A stretch of DNA of 64,000 bases. It comes from Chitinophagales bacterium (GTDB taxonomy: Bacteria; Bacteroidota; Bacteroidia; Chitinophagales; LD1). The notes under the pieces were generated by a model, which ran no database searches, had not been told where the DNA came from, and saw only the letters and a program-made list of their open reading frames with translations. The stretch covers positions 1,274 through 65,273 of the forward strand of contig JBDHYB010000016.1 of the NCBI GenBank assembly GCA_039811145.1, read 5' to 3'. Both the position numbers and the translations under genes were made by a program. This document shows, one piece after another, positions 27,032 through 36,011 of the stretch. How positions within the stretch are numbered: the first letter of the stretch is position 1; every line of letters begins with the position of its first letter.

Positions 27032-28039
27032 ATGCGGATAGACATTCATACCCACATTATTCCTGAACACCTGCCACGCTGGAGCGAAAAGTTTGGTTAT
27101 AATGGCTTTATACACCTTGACCATCATAAGCCATGTTGCGCCCGCATGATGAAGGATGATGAATTCTTCCGCGAGATACAAAGCAACTGCTGGGACCCCG
27201 AAAAGCGTATTGAAGAATGTAACCATACCCATGTGGACGTTCAGGTGTTAAGCACCATACCTATTATGTTCAACTATTGGGCAAAGCCGCAGGATTGCCT
27301 GGAGATTTCGCGCTTTTTAAACGACCACATTGCTGAAGTAGTAGAGCGCTACCCTAAAAAGTTTATCGGCCTGGCAACAGTGCCTATGCAGGCTACTGAC
27401 CTTGCCATACGCGAAATGGAGCGCTGTAAAAAACTGGGCTATGCCGGCCTGCAAATAGGAACCAACATTAACGACCAGAACCTTGATGAAAGGGCCTTTT
27501 TCCCGATTTATGAGGCTGCTGAAGAATTGGGCCTGGCTTTGTTTGTGCACCCCTGGAACATGATGGGTGCACGGCAAATGAGCAAATATTGGCTGCCGTG
27601 GCTGGTGGGCATGCCTGCCGAAACAAACCGGGCTATTTGCTCGCTTATTTTTGGTGGTGTGTTTGAGCGCTTTCCTAAACTGCGCTTTGCGTTTGCGCAC
27701 GGTGGCGGTTCTTTTCCGGCCAACATCGGCCGTATTGAGCGTGGTTTTAATGTGCGCCCCGATTTAACTGCTATTGATAACCAGGTTAACCCCCGCGATT
27801 ACCTGGGGCACTTTTATGTAGATAGCCTGATACATGACGAGGCGTTTTTGAAATATGTGATTAACCTGCTTGGCGAGGACCGTGTATGCATCGGCAGCGA
27901 TTATCCTTTTCCGTTGGGTGAGGACAGGCCGGGCGAGGAGATTGAAGCCCTTAAATTACCGAAGAAGACCAACGACAAACTGATGTATAAAAATGCATTA
28001 GAGTGGTTGCAGTTAGACAAGAAGAAGTTCGTTAAGTAA
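27032..28039 (+). CDS. 2-amino-3-carboxymuconate-6-semialdehyde decarboxylase (ACMSD, amidohydrolase_2 family)
   Basis: Near-collinear with human/Pseudomonas ACMSD: MRIDIHTHIIP, CWDPEKRI, VLSTIPIMFNYWAKP, LFVHPWNMMG, KYWLPWLVGMPAETNRAICSLIFGGVFERFPKL, FAHGGGSFP, GSDYPFPLGE. Confidence 0.85.
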   Translation: MRIDIHTHIIPEHLPRWSEKFGYNGFIHLDHHKPCCARMMKDDEFFREIQSNCWDPEKRIEECNHTHVDVQVLSTIPIMFNYWAKPQDCLEISRFLNDHIAEVVERYPKKFIGLATVPMQATDLAIREMERCKKLGYAGLQIGTNINDQNLDERAFFPIYEAAEELGLALFVHPWNMMGARQMSKYWLPWLVGMPAETNRAICSLIFGGVFERFPKLRFAFAHGGGSFPANIGRIERGFNVRPDLTAIDNQVNPRDYLGHFYVDSLIHDEAFLKYVINLLGEDRVCIGSDYPFPLGEDRPGEEIEALKLPKKTNDKLMYKNALEWLQLDKKKFVK

Positions 28040-28074
28040 GGCATGGTTTATGTCTTACGGCAAAAAGATATAAA

Positions 28075-29331
28075 ATGACATTCGAAAATTCACTGGCCTT
28101 TGCCCGTTCGCTTGATAAAAAGGACCCGTTAAAAAAATTCCGCAATCGTTTTTTTATACCAAAGGTTAATGGCAAGGAGAGCATTTACCTTTGCGGCAAC
28201 TCGCTTGGGCTGCAGCCTAAAACGGTTGAACAGCAACTTAAAATTGAATTGAACGATTGGAGAAAACTGGGTGTTGAGGGGCACCACCACGGCAAAAGGC
28301 CCTGGTTGTATTATCATCATTTCTTTTCAAAGTCTATAACTAAACTTGTTGGCGCCAAACCGGCAGAGGTGGTGGTGATGAACCAACTTACAGTTAACCT
28401 TAACCTGTTGCTTATCTCCTTTTACCGCCCGCAGGGAAAGAAAACGAAAATACTGATTGAGGCAGATGAGTTTCCCAGCGATTACTATGCCTTTGAACAA
28501 CAAATAAAACTGCATGGCTTAAACCCTGCAGAATGTATAATTGAAGTAACGCCTCGCGAAGGCGAAGTTACCTTGCGCACTGAAGATATTATTGCAAAAA
28601 TAGAAGCGCATAAGGATGAACTGGCGTTAGTAATGCTAAGTGCAGTTAACTATTATACCGGCCAGTTTTTTGAATTACAAAAGATTGCTTCCACGGCCAG
28701 GGCGCATAACATAACGTTTGGTGTAGACCTTGCCCATGCCATAGGCAACGTGGAGTTAAAACTGCACAGCTGGGGGATAGATTTCGCCACCTGGTGCAGC
28801 TACAAGTACCTGAACAGCGGGCCAGGTGGCGTAAGCGGTATCTACGTGCATGAAAAATATGCTAATCGTCCTGACCTGCCGCGCCTTGCCGGCTGGTGGG
28901 GTAATGATGAAAAGACCCGTTTTAAGATGCGCGAGAACAAACACTTTGTACCACAGGCCGGCGCGGCCGGTTGGCAGATAAGTAATGCGCCTGTGCTATC
29001 CATGGCAGCCCACCGCGCCTCGCTGGATATTTTTGATGAAGTGGGAATGAAAGCATTGCGGCAAAAAAGCGAGTTGCTTACCGGCTACCTTGAGTTTTTG
29101 ATAGGAAAAGGGAATAAACACTTCCGCATAATTACGCCAACAGATAAAAAACAGCGTGGTTGCCAGTTAAGCATACAAACCTTGAGCAATGGCAAGAAAT
29201 TATTTCAGAAAATTTCTAAAGCGGGAGTAATTGCCGATTGGCGGGATCCCGATGTAATACGTGTGGCACCGGTGCCACTATACAATTCGTTTGAAGACGT
29301 ATATAATTTTGCAAAGCTATTACTTTCATAA
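28075..29331 (+). CDS. kynU: Kynureninase
   Basis: 418 aa. IYLCGNSLGLQPK, WRKLGVEGHH, DEFPSDYYA, and the PLP-lysine region WCSYKYLNSGPGGVSG, all typical of kynureninase. Confidence 0.9.
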   Translation: MTFENSLAFARSLDKKDPLKKFRNRFFIPKVNGKESIYLCGNSLGLQPKTVEQQLKIELNDWRKLGVEGHHHGKRPWLYYHHFFSKSITKLVGAKPAEVVVMNQLTVNLNLLLISFYRPQGKKTKILIEADEFPSDYYAFEQQIKLHGLNPAECIIEVTPREGEVTLRTEDIIAKIEAHKDELALVMLSAVNYYTGQFFELQKIASTARAHNITFGVDLAHAIGNVELKLHSWGIDFATWCSYKYLNSGPGGVSGIYVHEKYANRPDLPRLAGWWGNDEKTRFKMRENKHFVPQAGAAGWQISNAPVLSMAAHRASLDIFDEVGMKALRQKSELLTGYLEFLIGKGNKHFRIITPTDKKQRGCQLSIQTLSNGKKLFQKISKAGVIADWRDPDVIRVAPVPLYNSFEDVYNFAKLLLS

Positions 29332-29348
29332 CACTAAATACGAACACT

Positions 29349-29702
29349 ATGATGGGAAGCACACTTATTTTTCAACCGGATGAAAGCAAATTGCGCAACC
29401 CGGATTTGGATGAACTGGATGAGATGGATGCTCTGGAAATGGACCGGCTTACCACGCTTGACTTTACCATTATTGCCGGCGATGCAGAAGTAAGTTGGGA
29501 AGAAGGAGAACCGGTTTTTTTAGATGAAGAAGGAGGCTTGTCCATTTTGAAAGTGAGCCGTGCAGGTTTAGAAGCCGTACTTAATTTTAAGGGAGAGTTG
29601 GATGACTTTACCAAAGAAGAAGTTACTGCAGAGATTGAAAAGCTACAGGAATTTATTGACCGCGTTGGCTACGACCATATTTATGAGTTAGCTACTTTTT
29701 AA
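29349..29702 (+). CDS. Small acidic cytoplasmic hypothetical protein
   Basis: 117-aa ORF, very D/E-rich, no signal peptide, no family recognised. The coding call rests on ORF length and tight spacing. Confidence 0.5.
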   Translation: MMGSTLIFQPDESKLRNPDLDELDEMDALEMDRLTTLDFTIIAGDAEVSWEEGEPVFLDEEGGLSILKVSRAGLEAVLNFKGELDDFTKEEVTAEIEKLQEFIDRVGYDHIYELATF

Positions 29703-29713
29703 AACCGCAGGTA

Positions 29714-30406
29714 TTGATTAAACCTACCAGAGCTGCTCTACGCAGATGGCTTGGCTGTTTGCTGTTGGTTGCTGTTTGCATAGCAGCCGGCGCGCAGGAT
29801 TTTACTGCTGTTGGCAACGCCAGCTTTTACGCATCAAAATTTGAAGGCCGTAAAACAAGCAGCGGCGAAATTTTCAGGCAAAGCAAAATGACCTGTGCTC
29901 ACCGCACCTTACCTTTTGGAACTTTGCTTAAGGTTACGAATCTGAATAACGATAGCAGCATAGTAGTACGGGTGAATGACCGCGGCCCTTATGGTAAAGG
30001 GCGCGTAGTGGATCTTACGCTTGCCGGAGCTAAAAAATTAAACTTTGTAAACGCAGGTGTAACCAGGGTTGCGCTGGAAATTTTAGCGAATGATACTGCT
30101 GTGCAAACTGTAATCTCTGCGCGCGATAGTTTGTTGCCTTTGCTTAAAGTGGAGGCCACTGATACTAACCTGCACGGCTATACTATTAAGGTTGGTAGTT
30201 TTGGAATGTATGAGAGAGCCAACGGTACGTTGGATGATTTGAAACAAAACTATAACTGCGAAACATGGATGCAGCATTTCAGGAAAAATGGCATAATGGT
30301 TTACAGGGTGTATGCAGGTTATTTTAGACACCGCGAACCGGCAGAAAAGTTCCTGGAAAAAATAAAGGCTCATTATGCTGAAGCCTATGTAGTGGAGATA
30401 GATTAG
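29714..30406 (+). CDS. rlpA: Septal-ring lytic transglycosylase RlpA-family protein with a C-terminal SPOR domain
   Basis: DPBB domain (GNASFYASKFEGRKTSSGEIF...CAHRTLPFGTLLKVTNL...VVRVNDRGPY). SPOR-like C-terminus (YTIKVGSFGMYERANGTL...YRVYAGYF). TTG start in the track. Confidence 0.8.
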   Translation: MIKPTRAALRRWLGCLLLVAVCIAAGAQDFTAVGNASFYASKFEGRKTSSGEIFRQSKMTCAHRTLPFGTLLKVTNLNNDSSIVVRVNDRGPYGKGRVVDLTLAGAKKLNFVNAGVTRVALEILANDTAVQTVISARDSLLPLLKVEATDTNLHGYTIKVGSFGMYERANGTLDDLKQNYNCETWMQHFRKNGIMVYRVYAGYFRHREPAEKFLEKIKAHYAEAYVVEID

Positions 30407-32928
30407 AAGCCCGGCTTTAAAGCAATTTTTACACCCCAGTTAGGCGCACCCGGATTGTTGCGGTAAGTTAATCTCCACAAAAAATCTACACGAAAAAGAT
30501 AGGCGATATTGGCTATACCAAAACCCATTTCAATATAAGGCTTAGGGAAAGGCTGGCCTAACTCAGCTGGTTTTTGAAGTATATCATTATTGCGGTTGCT
30601 GTAAGTGCCCCAAAGGCTCCGCATTACAAATACCTCCTGCAGGCGTAGTTTGTTAACCCCCGGTATTTTGTTGAAGAAGAAACCGTGGAAGTTGTGCTCT
30701 AACCAAAAAGAAGCGTATTGATCTGTAGTAAACTCAAACTCACGCAATAAGTTGTAGTTGAATTTATCGTAAAGTATACCAAGGTTGCCCTGCGTAAGGT
30801 AACTTTCAGTATAAGGCACCTTGCCGAATATTTTTCCAAACTTGAAGCTGTAATCAGTAAAGCCTATTGGCGAAAAAAGGCGCTGCTTGATGGTTAACTG
30901 AAGGTCGTGATAATTGTAATGGTCCTTTTCAATATCAACCAAACCGGCCGTGTAGCGGAATAATATTACCGGGTATTTGTTTTTAGTATAGTAGCGGTAA
31001 AAATAGTTACCGATAAAAGCCTGGTCCTTGTAACAATAGCGGAAATCGAAAGTAAACTGCGTTACATTGAATTTAGGAATACGATGTGAAGTGGCATCGG
31101 CCCCAATACGCGAGAAGTCAAACACACCGGGTATATCGTAATATGTTTTTTCATTGAACATGGTAAAGGTGCTTATGTCCTTTACAATCTCCTTTTCGTA
31201 AGTAATTCTAAACTCGCGCACCTTCATGATTTTGCTGAGCGTTTTACCGCTTATAAGGGTAACAATGTTATCGAAGGTGAGCAGGTTTTGCATTTCATCC
31301 TGCCCGGGTACGCGCATATCATATCTGTACATGGCTTCTAAAGCCTGCCAACGTTGGTTCGGTTGCGGCAGCAGTACCTTTACAATAGCCTGATATTTCC
31401 AGTCTTTATCTTTAAAGCCATAAGCCCCATAGCCGTAGAAATAGAATTTGCGCAGGAAAGCGTTAACCGGCGTTTTGGGCCTGTAGCGGGGGTTAGTTTC
31501 AAAGCCAAAGCGCACACGCCAACCCTCCACGTTATTGCGGCTGCCGAAGTTGAGCACCCGGCCAATACTTATAGGGCCAACATCAGCAAAGGCAGCGGTA
31601 AAAAAGCGGCCCAACCACATGTACGTTTTCCATGCCCGTACTTTTTTGATGGTATCGGATATAAAATAAACACGGTCTTCCTGCGGTGTAAGGTTTTCAA
31701 AACGCGTGGTATCGAAATATTGGCGCTCCTTAAATACAGCGCTATCCAGTGTAATAATTTCTTCGGGACCTTTGAAGATAGAATCAGGGAAAGGCACATC
31801 TACCTCAAAGTTTTTACGGGCGTGCACCTTGGTTACCAATAGGGCCATTTTGTTCTTCTTCTTAAACAATGAACCTACCGCATTCATTTCCTCGCGGTTC
31901 ATCATCCAATACTGGTCCTTTACCAGGGTAAAATCCTGGCGGATGGTATAATCGTTTACAAAGTTGAGGTTGGCTTTTTCATTGGGCCTAAACACCAGGC
32001 TTTTAACGGCCCAGGTAGCAGAGTCGATCCAGGCATAACCTTTAAGTGCCATATCTTCCTTTACCTTACCTACGAAATGTAGTTTGTAGGAAATGCGCCC
32101 GTCAATGCGCGCGGTATCAGTCAGGTAATAGCGGTAGGTTACAATAGCGGTATTGGCAAAGGGGGCTATGAAACTGGTTTGCGCAATTACAAAAAGGTTA
32201 GAGTAAGCATCGTACTCGCCAAAGTTGTAATTGGCCATATTCATTACACTGGGGTTGTCTACCCCGGTCATATTATCAGCCTTTACAAACTTTTTAAGTG
32301 AATTGGGTTTTTTGCGGTAGTAAACATCGCTCACGGTTTCGCGCATAACACCGGGTATGAATACGTTTCCTTCTTCCGTAGTGTCCCTGTTTTCAAATGC
32401 AAAACGGAATGGTTTAAAAATCCAGTAGTTCAAAAATTTCTGAGGAGGATTTAATAAGGAGAAGTCCGTTTTCTCGTAGCATTCGTACTTATAGGTGTTG
32501 AATGCGTTATCGCGGTTCTCGTCCTTATGCTCCAGCACTTTGTAAAACACGTAGTTGGCCACCGTGTCAATTACCCGCTTTTTCTTCTTTTCGGCTTTAA
32601 CGGCTATTTCGGTAAGGGTTACTTCATCGCTGCCCATTTCAATGTTAAGCTGCTGGCTCGCTCCGCGCTTAATGGGCACATAGCGTGTTTTATAGCCCAA
32701 ATAGCTAAAGGCCAGCGTATCAATCCTTTCAATACTGCGGATGCGGTACTCGCCACGCGGGTCGGTTTGGGTGGCCTTTACGGTGCCTACGATACGGACG
32801 TTAACATAGTCCATAGGCTGTTTGGTTACAGCATCAGTAACTATACCATACACTTCCGTCATCTGCTGGGCTTTAAGCCCTGCAGTAGTAAGCAGCAGTA
32901 AGAAAAACAACCATGTTTTCCGCATCAA
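30403..32928 (-). CDS. DUF5686-like protein with an N-terminal carboxypeptidase-regulatory-like domain (outer-membrane associated)
   Basis: Signal peptide, then VYGIVTDAVTKQPMDYVNVRIVGT (CarboxypepD_reg), then a beta-rich aromatic region of about 700 aa ending in ...IALKPGF. This is a common Bacteroidota architecture. Confidence 0.7.
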   Translation of the reverse strand: MMRKTWLFFLLLLTTAGLKAQQMTEVYGIVTDAVTKQPMDYVNVRIVGTVKATQTDPRGEYRIRSIERIDTLAFSYLGYKTRYVPIKRGASQQLNIEMGSDEVTLTEIAVKAEKKKKRVIDTVANYVFYKVLEHKDENRDNAFNTYKYECYEKTDFSLLNPPQKFLNYWIFKPFRFAFENRDTTEEGNVFIPGVMRETVSDVYYRKKPNSLKKFVKADNMTGVDNPSVMNMANYNFGEYDAYSNLFVIAQTSFIAPFANTAIVTYRYYLTDTARIDGRISYKLHFVGKVKEDMALKGYAWIDSATWAVKSLVFRPNEKANLNFVNDYTIRQDFTLVKDQYWMMNREEMNAVGSLFKKKNKMALLVTKVHARKNFEVDVPFPDSIFKGPEEIITLDSAVFKERQYFDTTRFENLTPQEDRVYFISDTIKKVRAWKTYMWLGRFFTAAFADVGPISIGRVLNFGSRNNVEGWRVRFGFETNPRYRPKTPVNAFLRKFYFYGYGAYGFKDKDWKYQAIVKVLLPQPNQRWQALEAMYRYDMRVPGQDEMQNLLTFDNIVTLISGKTLSKIMKVREFRITYEKEIVKDISTFTMFNEKTYYDIPGVFDFSRIGADATSHRIPKFNVTQFTFDFRYCYKDQAFIGNYFYRYYTKNKYPVILFRYTAGLVDIEKDHYNYHDLQLTIKQRLFSPIGFTDYSFKFGKIFGKVPYTESYLTQGNLGILYDKFNYNLLREFEFTTDQYASFWLEHNFHGFFFNKIPGVNKLRLQEVFVMRSLWGTYSNRNNDILQKPAELGQPFPKPYIEMGFGIANIAYLFRVDFLWRLTYRNNPGAPNWGVKIALKPGF

Positions 32929-33031
32929 TTTCGGGCGCGAAAATAGAAGAAATAGCTTGGTGAGTTGAGGGAACGCACGAAATATGCCAATGTTTTGGCC
33001 AAAGTAGCTTTTACGGTTGTTTAACAGCAGC

Positions 33032-33694
33032 TTAAATGTTGAGGTAGCGCATTAAGGCATCGTAACGGTCCTTAAGGTCTTCGCTGTATTCTGTATCGTT
33101 ATGCACCAACTTAACTTCATAGTTATAACGCTCAAAGGAGGCAATGATAGAGGCCACCTCGTTGGTGTTAACTTTAATGGTTATCTCCACGTTGCCGCTC
33201 TCATTGTTTACATGGCTGTAAAAACAGATGATGGCAGCTTCGCTGTCTTCCACTATACCGCTTAATTGCGAAAGGCTGTAGTCTTTACGGGCTACTTCCA
33301 GTTCAATAATAGCGCCTGGCTCGTTTACGGAGTTTAGCACCGCAAAGGCGCGCAGGCAACTTTCAGCTGAAACCAGCCCAAGGTAATTCTGTTGCTCATC
33401 AAGCACCGGTACAATGCGTACGTTATGCTCAACGGCGGCTTTCATTATATCAAAGATATGGGCGGTATTGCGCACAAATGGCTTGCGGAAATTCTGAACG
33501 ATATCCCTTAACGGATGGCTGAGATGCTTGGAGCTGATGAGCTCCTCCATAGTTACCAGGCCTACATACTTTTTACCTTCTACTACAGGTAGCTGGGCCA
33601 CATTATACTCATGCATTTGTATAAGCGCCTGCTCACCCGGGTCATCGGTGTGTAAGGCCGGTATGGTATCTGATATTAAATGCGGAGCAATCAT
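33032..33694 (-). CDS. CBS-pair domain protein with a C-terminal ACT-like region
   Basis: 220 aa. Two CBS motifs (LPVVEGKKYVGLVT; VPVLDEQQNYLGLVS). Confidence 0.7.
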   Translation of the reverse strand: MIAPHLISDTIPALHTDDPGEQALIQMHEYNVAQLPVVEGKKYVGLVTMEELISSKHLSHPLRDIVQNFRKPFVRNTAHIFDIMKAAVEHNVRIVPVLDEQQNYLGLVSAESCLRAFAVLNSVNEPGAIIELEVARKDYSLSQLSGIVEDSEAAIICFYSHVNNESGNVEITIKVNTNEVASIIASFERYNYEVKLVHNDTEYSEDLKDRYDALMRYLNI

Positions 33695-33802
33695 AATTCT
33701 TCTTCTTTTTGTTAGACGTTTGGAACAACCGAAAGGTTAAAATTGTTTGTCAGGATTTTGTCATAATCCTTACTGATTTTAATCTCCTTTAAGTTGTTTT
33801 TG

Positions 33803-34573
33803 TCAAAATGCTCCTTGTTTAACCTTGTTCAAGAAGCGTTCCAATATGGCATTAAACTCTTCGCTTTGCTCCATCATAGGCGCATGCCCGCAGCGGTCAA
33901 TTATGTGTAACTCCGAGTGCGGCAATAACTTATGAAACTCTTCGCCCACAAAAGCAGGCGTAATATTATCGTTCTTTCCCCAAATTAAACAAACGGGGAG
34001 GTCCATACCCGCCACTTCGTCGCGCAGGTTATGGCGCAGTGCCGATTTGGCCATTACCACCATCCTTATGGCTGTATTCCGGTTGTTTACCACTTCGAAA
34101 ACGCTGTCAACCAGTTCTTTAGTGGCCATTTCGGGGTTATAGAACGTTCCTTCGGTCTTTTTACGCACGTATTCATAATCGCCTTTGCGGGGGTAGGTAT
34201 CGCCCAGGCTGTTTTCAAAAAGACCTGAACTGCCGGTTAAAACCATGCTGATAACCTTATGGCGCTTGCGCAGGTAATACATTTGGCCTACGTGCCCGCC
34301 CAGGGAATTGCCAATCAGGTGCACCCGCTGCCAGCCTTTAAATTCGATAAACTCGTCAATGTAGTCCACCATGCCGGTTACGGTGGTTTGGTCCACCTCT
34401 AACTCAAACAGGGGCAGCTGGGGTATAACCACTTTATAGTTGGGCGAAAAATGCCGGATGATAGAATCGAAATTGCTGAGTGCGCCGAACAAACCGTGCA
34501 GCAGAACAATCACTTCGCCCTCGCCTTCTTCGCAATATGTAAATCGTCCTTCTTTTTTTACCGGGTAACCCAT
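33803..34573 (-). CDS. Alpha/beta-fold hydrolase
   Basis: VIVLLHGLFG, nucleophile elbow GNSLGGHV, and CGHAPMMEQ (catalytic His). The likely start is MGYPVKKEG (34573) rather than 34651. Confidence 0.75.
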   Translation of the reverse strand: MGYPVKKEGRFTYCEEGEGEVIVLLHGLFGALSNFDSIIRHFSPNYKVVIPQLPLFELEVDQTTVTGMVDYIDEFIEFKGWQRVHLIGNSLGGHVGQMYYLRKRHKVISMVLTGSSGLFENSLGDTYPRKGDYEYVRKKTEGTFYNPEMATKELVDSVFEVVNNRNTAIRMVVMAKSALRHNLRDEVAGMDLPVCLIWGKNDNITPAFVGEEFHKLLPHSELHIIDRCGHAPMMEQSEEFNAILERFLNKVKQGAF

Positions 34574-34801
34574 AATCTGCTGCTGTGTCAAAAGTAAATT
34601 TTTGAGCCATAACCAAAATTGAAAGCTGTTAAAGCGATATGAACAGCCCATGTATTATGTATGCTGTATTATACCCCGGTTTTAAAAACAGGACTTAAAC
34701 CCGTTAAACAGAGGCTAAACGGGGGATTTTTTGTCTTACTAACTATTCACAATGGCTTTTGTGGATATTGTAATTAGCTGACGGTAATTTCCTTCAATAA
34801 T

Positions 34802-34809
34802 TATATTTG
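34802..34809 (+). promoter_or_regulatory. Candidate Bacteroidota sigma-A -7 element (TAnnTTTG)
   Basis: TATATTTG lies 22 nt upstream of the dnaN ATG and matches the published Bacteroides -7 consensus. No clear -33 TTTG was found at the expected spacing. Confidence 0.3.
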
Positions 34810-34831
34810 CCGCGATACTAAAACCGTGCTC

Positions 34832-35950
34832 ATGAAATTTATTGTTTCCACCACCTCATTATTGAAGAGCCTGCAGGTAATAGGCGGCGTAATTAACAGC
34901 AGCAGCGTATTGCCGATTCTGGAAGATTTTTTGTTTGAAATAAAGGGCGGCAAGCTTACCGTGTTTGCTACCGACCTGGAAACCAGCATGAGTACTGAAC
35001 TGAAAGTAGAAGCCAAGGACAATGGCCGTATTGCCATACCGGCGCGTATTCTTTTAGATACCTTAAAGACACTGCCTGAGCAGCCGCTTACTTTTAAAGT
35101 GGACGAAAAAACTTTTGGTATTGAAATTACCAGCGAAACAGGCCGCTATAAATTAGCCGGCGAGAATCCGGATGACTTTCCAAAAATACCTCAGCCTGAA
35201 GCGGTAACTGAAATTAATATTGCTTCAACGCACCTTTCGCATGCTATTGCCAAAACGTTGTTTGCGGTTAGCAGCGATGACCTTCGCCCGGCCATGACCG
35301 GCGTTCTGTTCCAGGTATCAAACGAGGGGATGACCTTTGTTTCTACCGATGCGCACAAACTGGTTAAGTTAAAGCGTAAGGATGTTAAGGCGGCCAAAGC
35401 AACCCAGTTTATTGTACCTAAAAAAGCGCTGAACCTTTTGAAAGGTGCCCTAGGTGGCGATGATGCAGCAGTAAATGTATCTTACAATAAATCCAACGCG
35501 TTTTTCAACTTTGAAAACACCAAGTTGATTTGTCGTTTGATTGATGCCAACTACCCGGACTATAACGCCGTTATACCTCAAAACAACCCGAACAAGCTAA
35601 CTATAAACCGCCTGGAGTTTCAGAACGCCATGCGCCGTATCTCCATTTACTCTAACAAAACCACTTACCAGGTGGTACTTTCTATTGCAGGTAGCGAACT
35701 GAAGATTTCTGCACAGGATTTAGACTTCAGCAATGAAGCTAACGAACGCTTAACCTGCAGCTACGAAGGCAACGATATGGATATTGCCTTCAACGCTCGT
35801 TTCCTTATCGAAATGTTAGGCGTATTAGAAAGCAATGAGATAGAAATTGAACTTTCTACACCAACCCGCGCAGGTGTTCTTCGCCCGGTTGAAAAAGCTG
35901 AAAACGAAGACCTGTTGATGCTGGTTATGCCGGTGATGATAAACGCCTAA
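34832..35950 (+). CDS. dnaN: DNA polymerase III beta sliding clamp
   Basis: MKFIVSTTSLLKSLQ..., 372 aa, three-domain clamp pattern, C-terminal LMLVMPVMI. ATG at 34832 (the track starts at a GTG two codons upstream). Confidence 0.9.
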   Translation: MKFIVSTTSLLKSLQVIGGVINSSSVLPILEDFLFEIKGGKLTVFATDLETSMSTELKVEAKDNGRIAIPARILLDTLKTLPEQPLTFKVDEKTFGIEITSETGRYKLAGENPDDFPKIPQPEAVTEINIASTHLSHAIAKTLFAVSSDDLRPAMTGVLFQVSNEGMTFVSTDAHKLVKLKRKDVKAAKATQFIVPKKALNLLKGALGGDDAAVNVSYNKSNAFFNFENTKLICRLIDANYPDYNAVIPQNNPNKLTINRLEFQNAMRRISIYSNKTTYQVVLSIAGSELKISAQDLDFSNEANERLTCSYEGNDMDIAFNARFLIEMLGVLESNEIEIELSTPTRAGVLRPVEKAENEDLLMLVMPVMINA

Positions 35951-35977
35951 TAAGTATTCAACGATGTTATATTACAG

Positions 35978-36008
35978 CAAACCTCCCCACGGGAGGTTTG
36001 TGTGTTTT
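35978..36008. terminator. Intrinsic terminator between convergent genes
   Basis: CAAACCTCCC-CAC-GGGAGGTTTG followed by TGTGTTTT. Confidence 0.8.
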
Positions 36009-36011
36009 GGG

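Noticed and set aside
34652-34831. Chromosomal replication origin next to dnaN
   Set aside because: Only one DnaA-box-like 9-mer (8/9 match) is present. There is no cluster of boxes, no obvious AT-rich DUE repeat set, and no adjacent dnaA.
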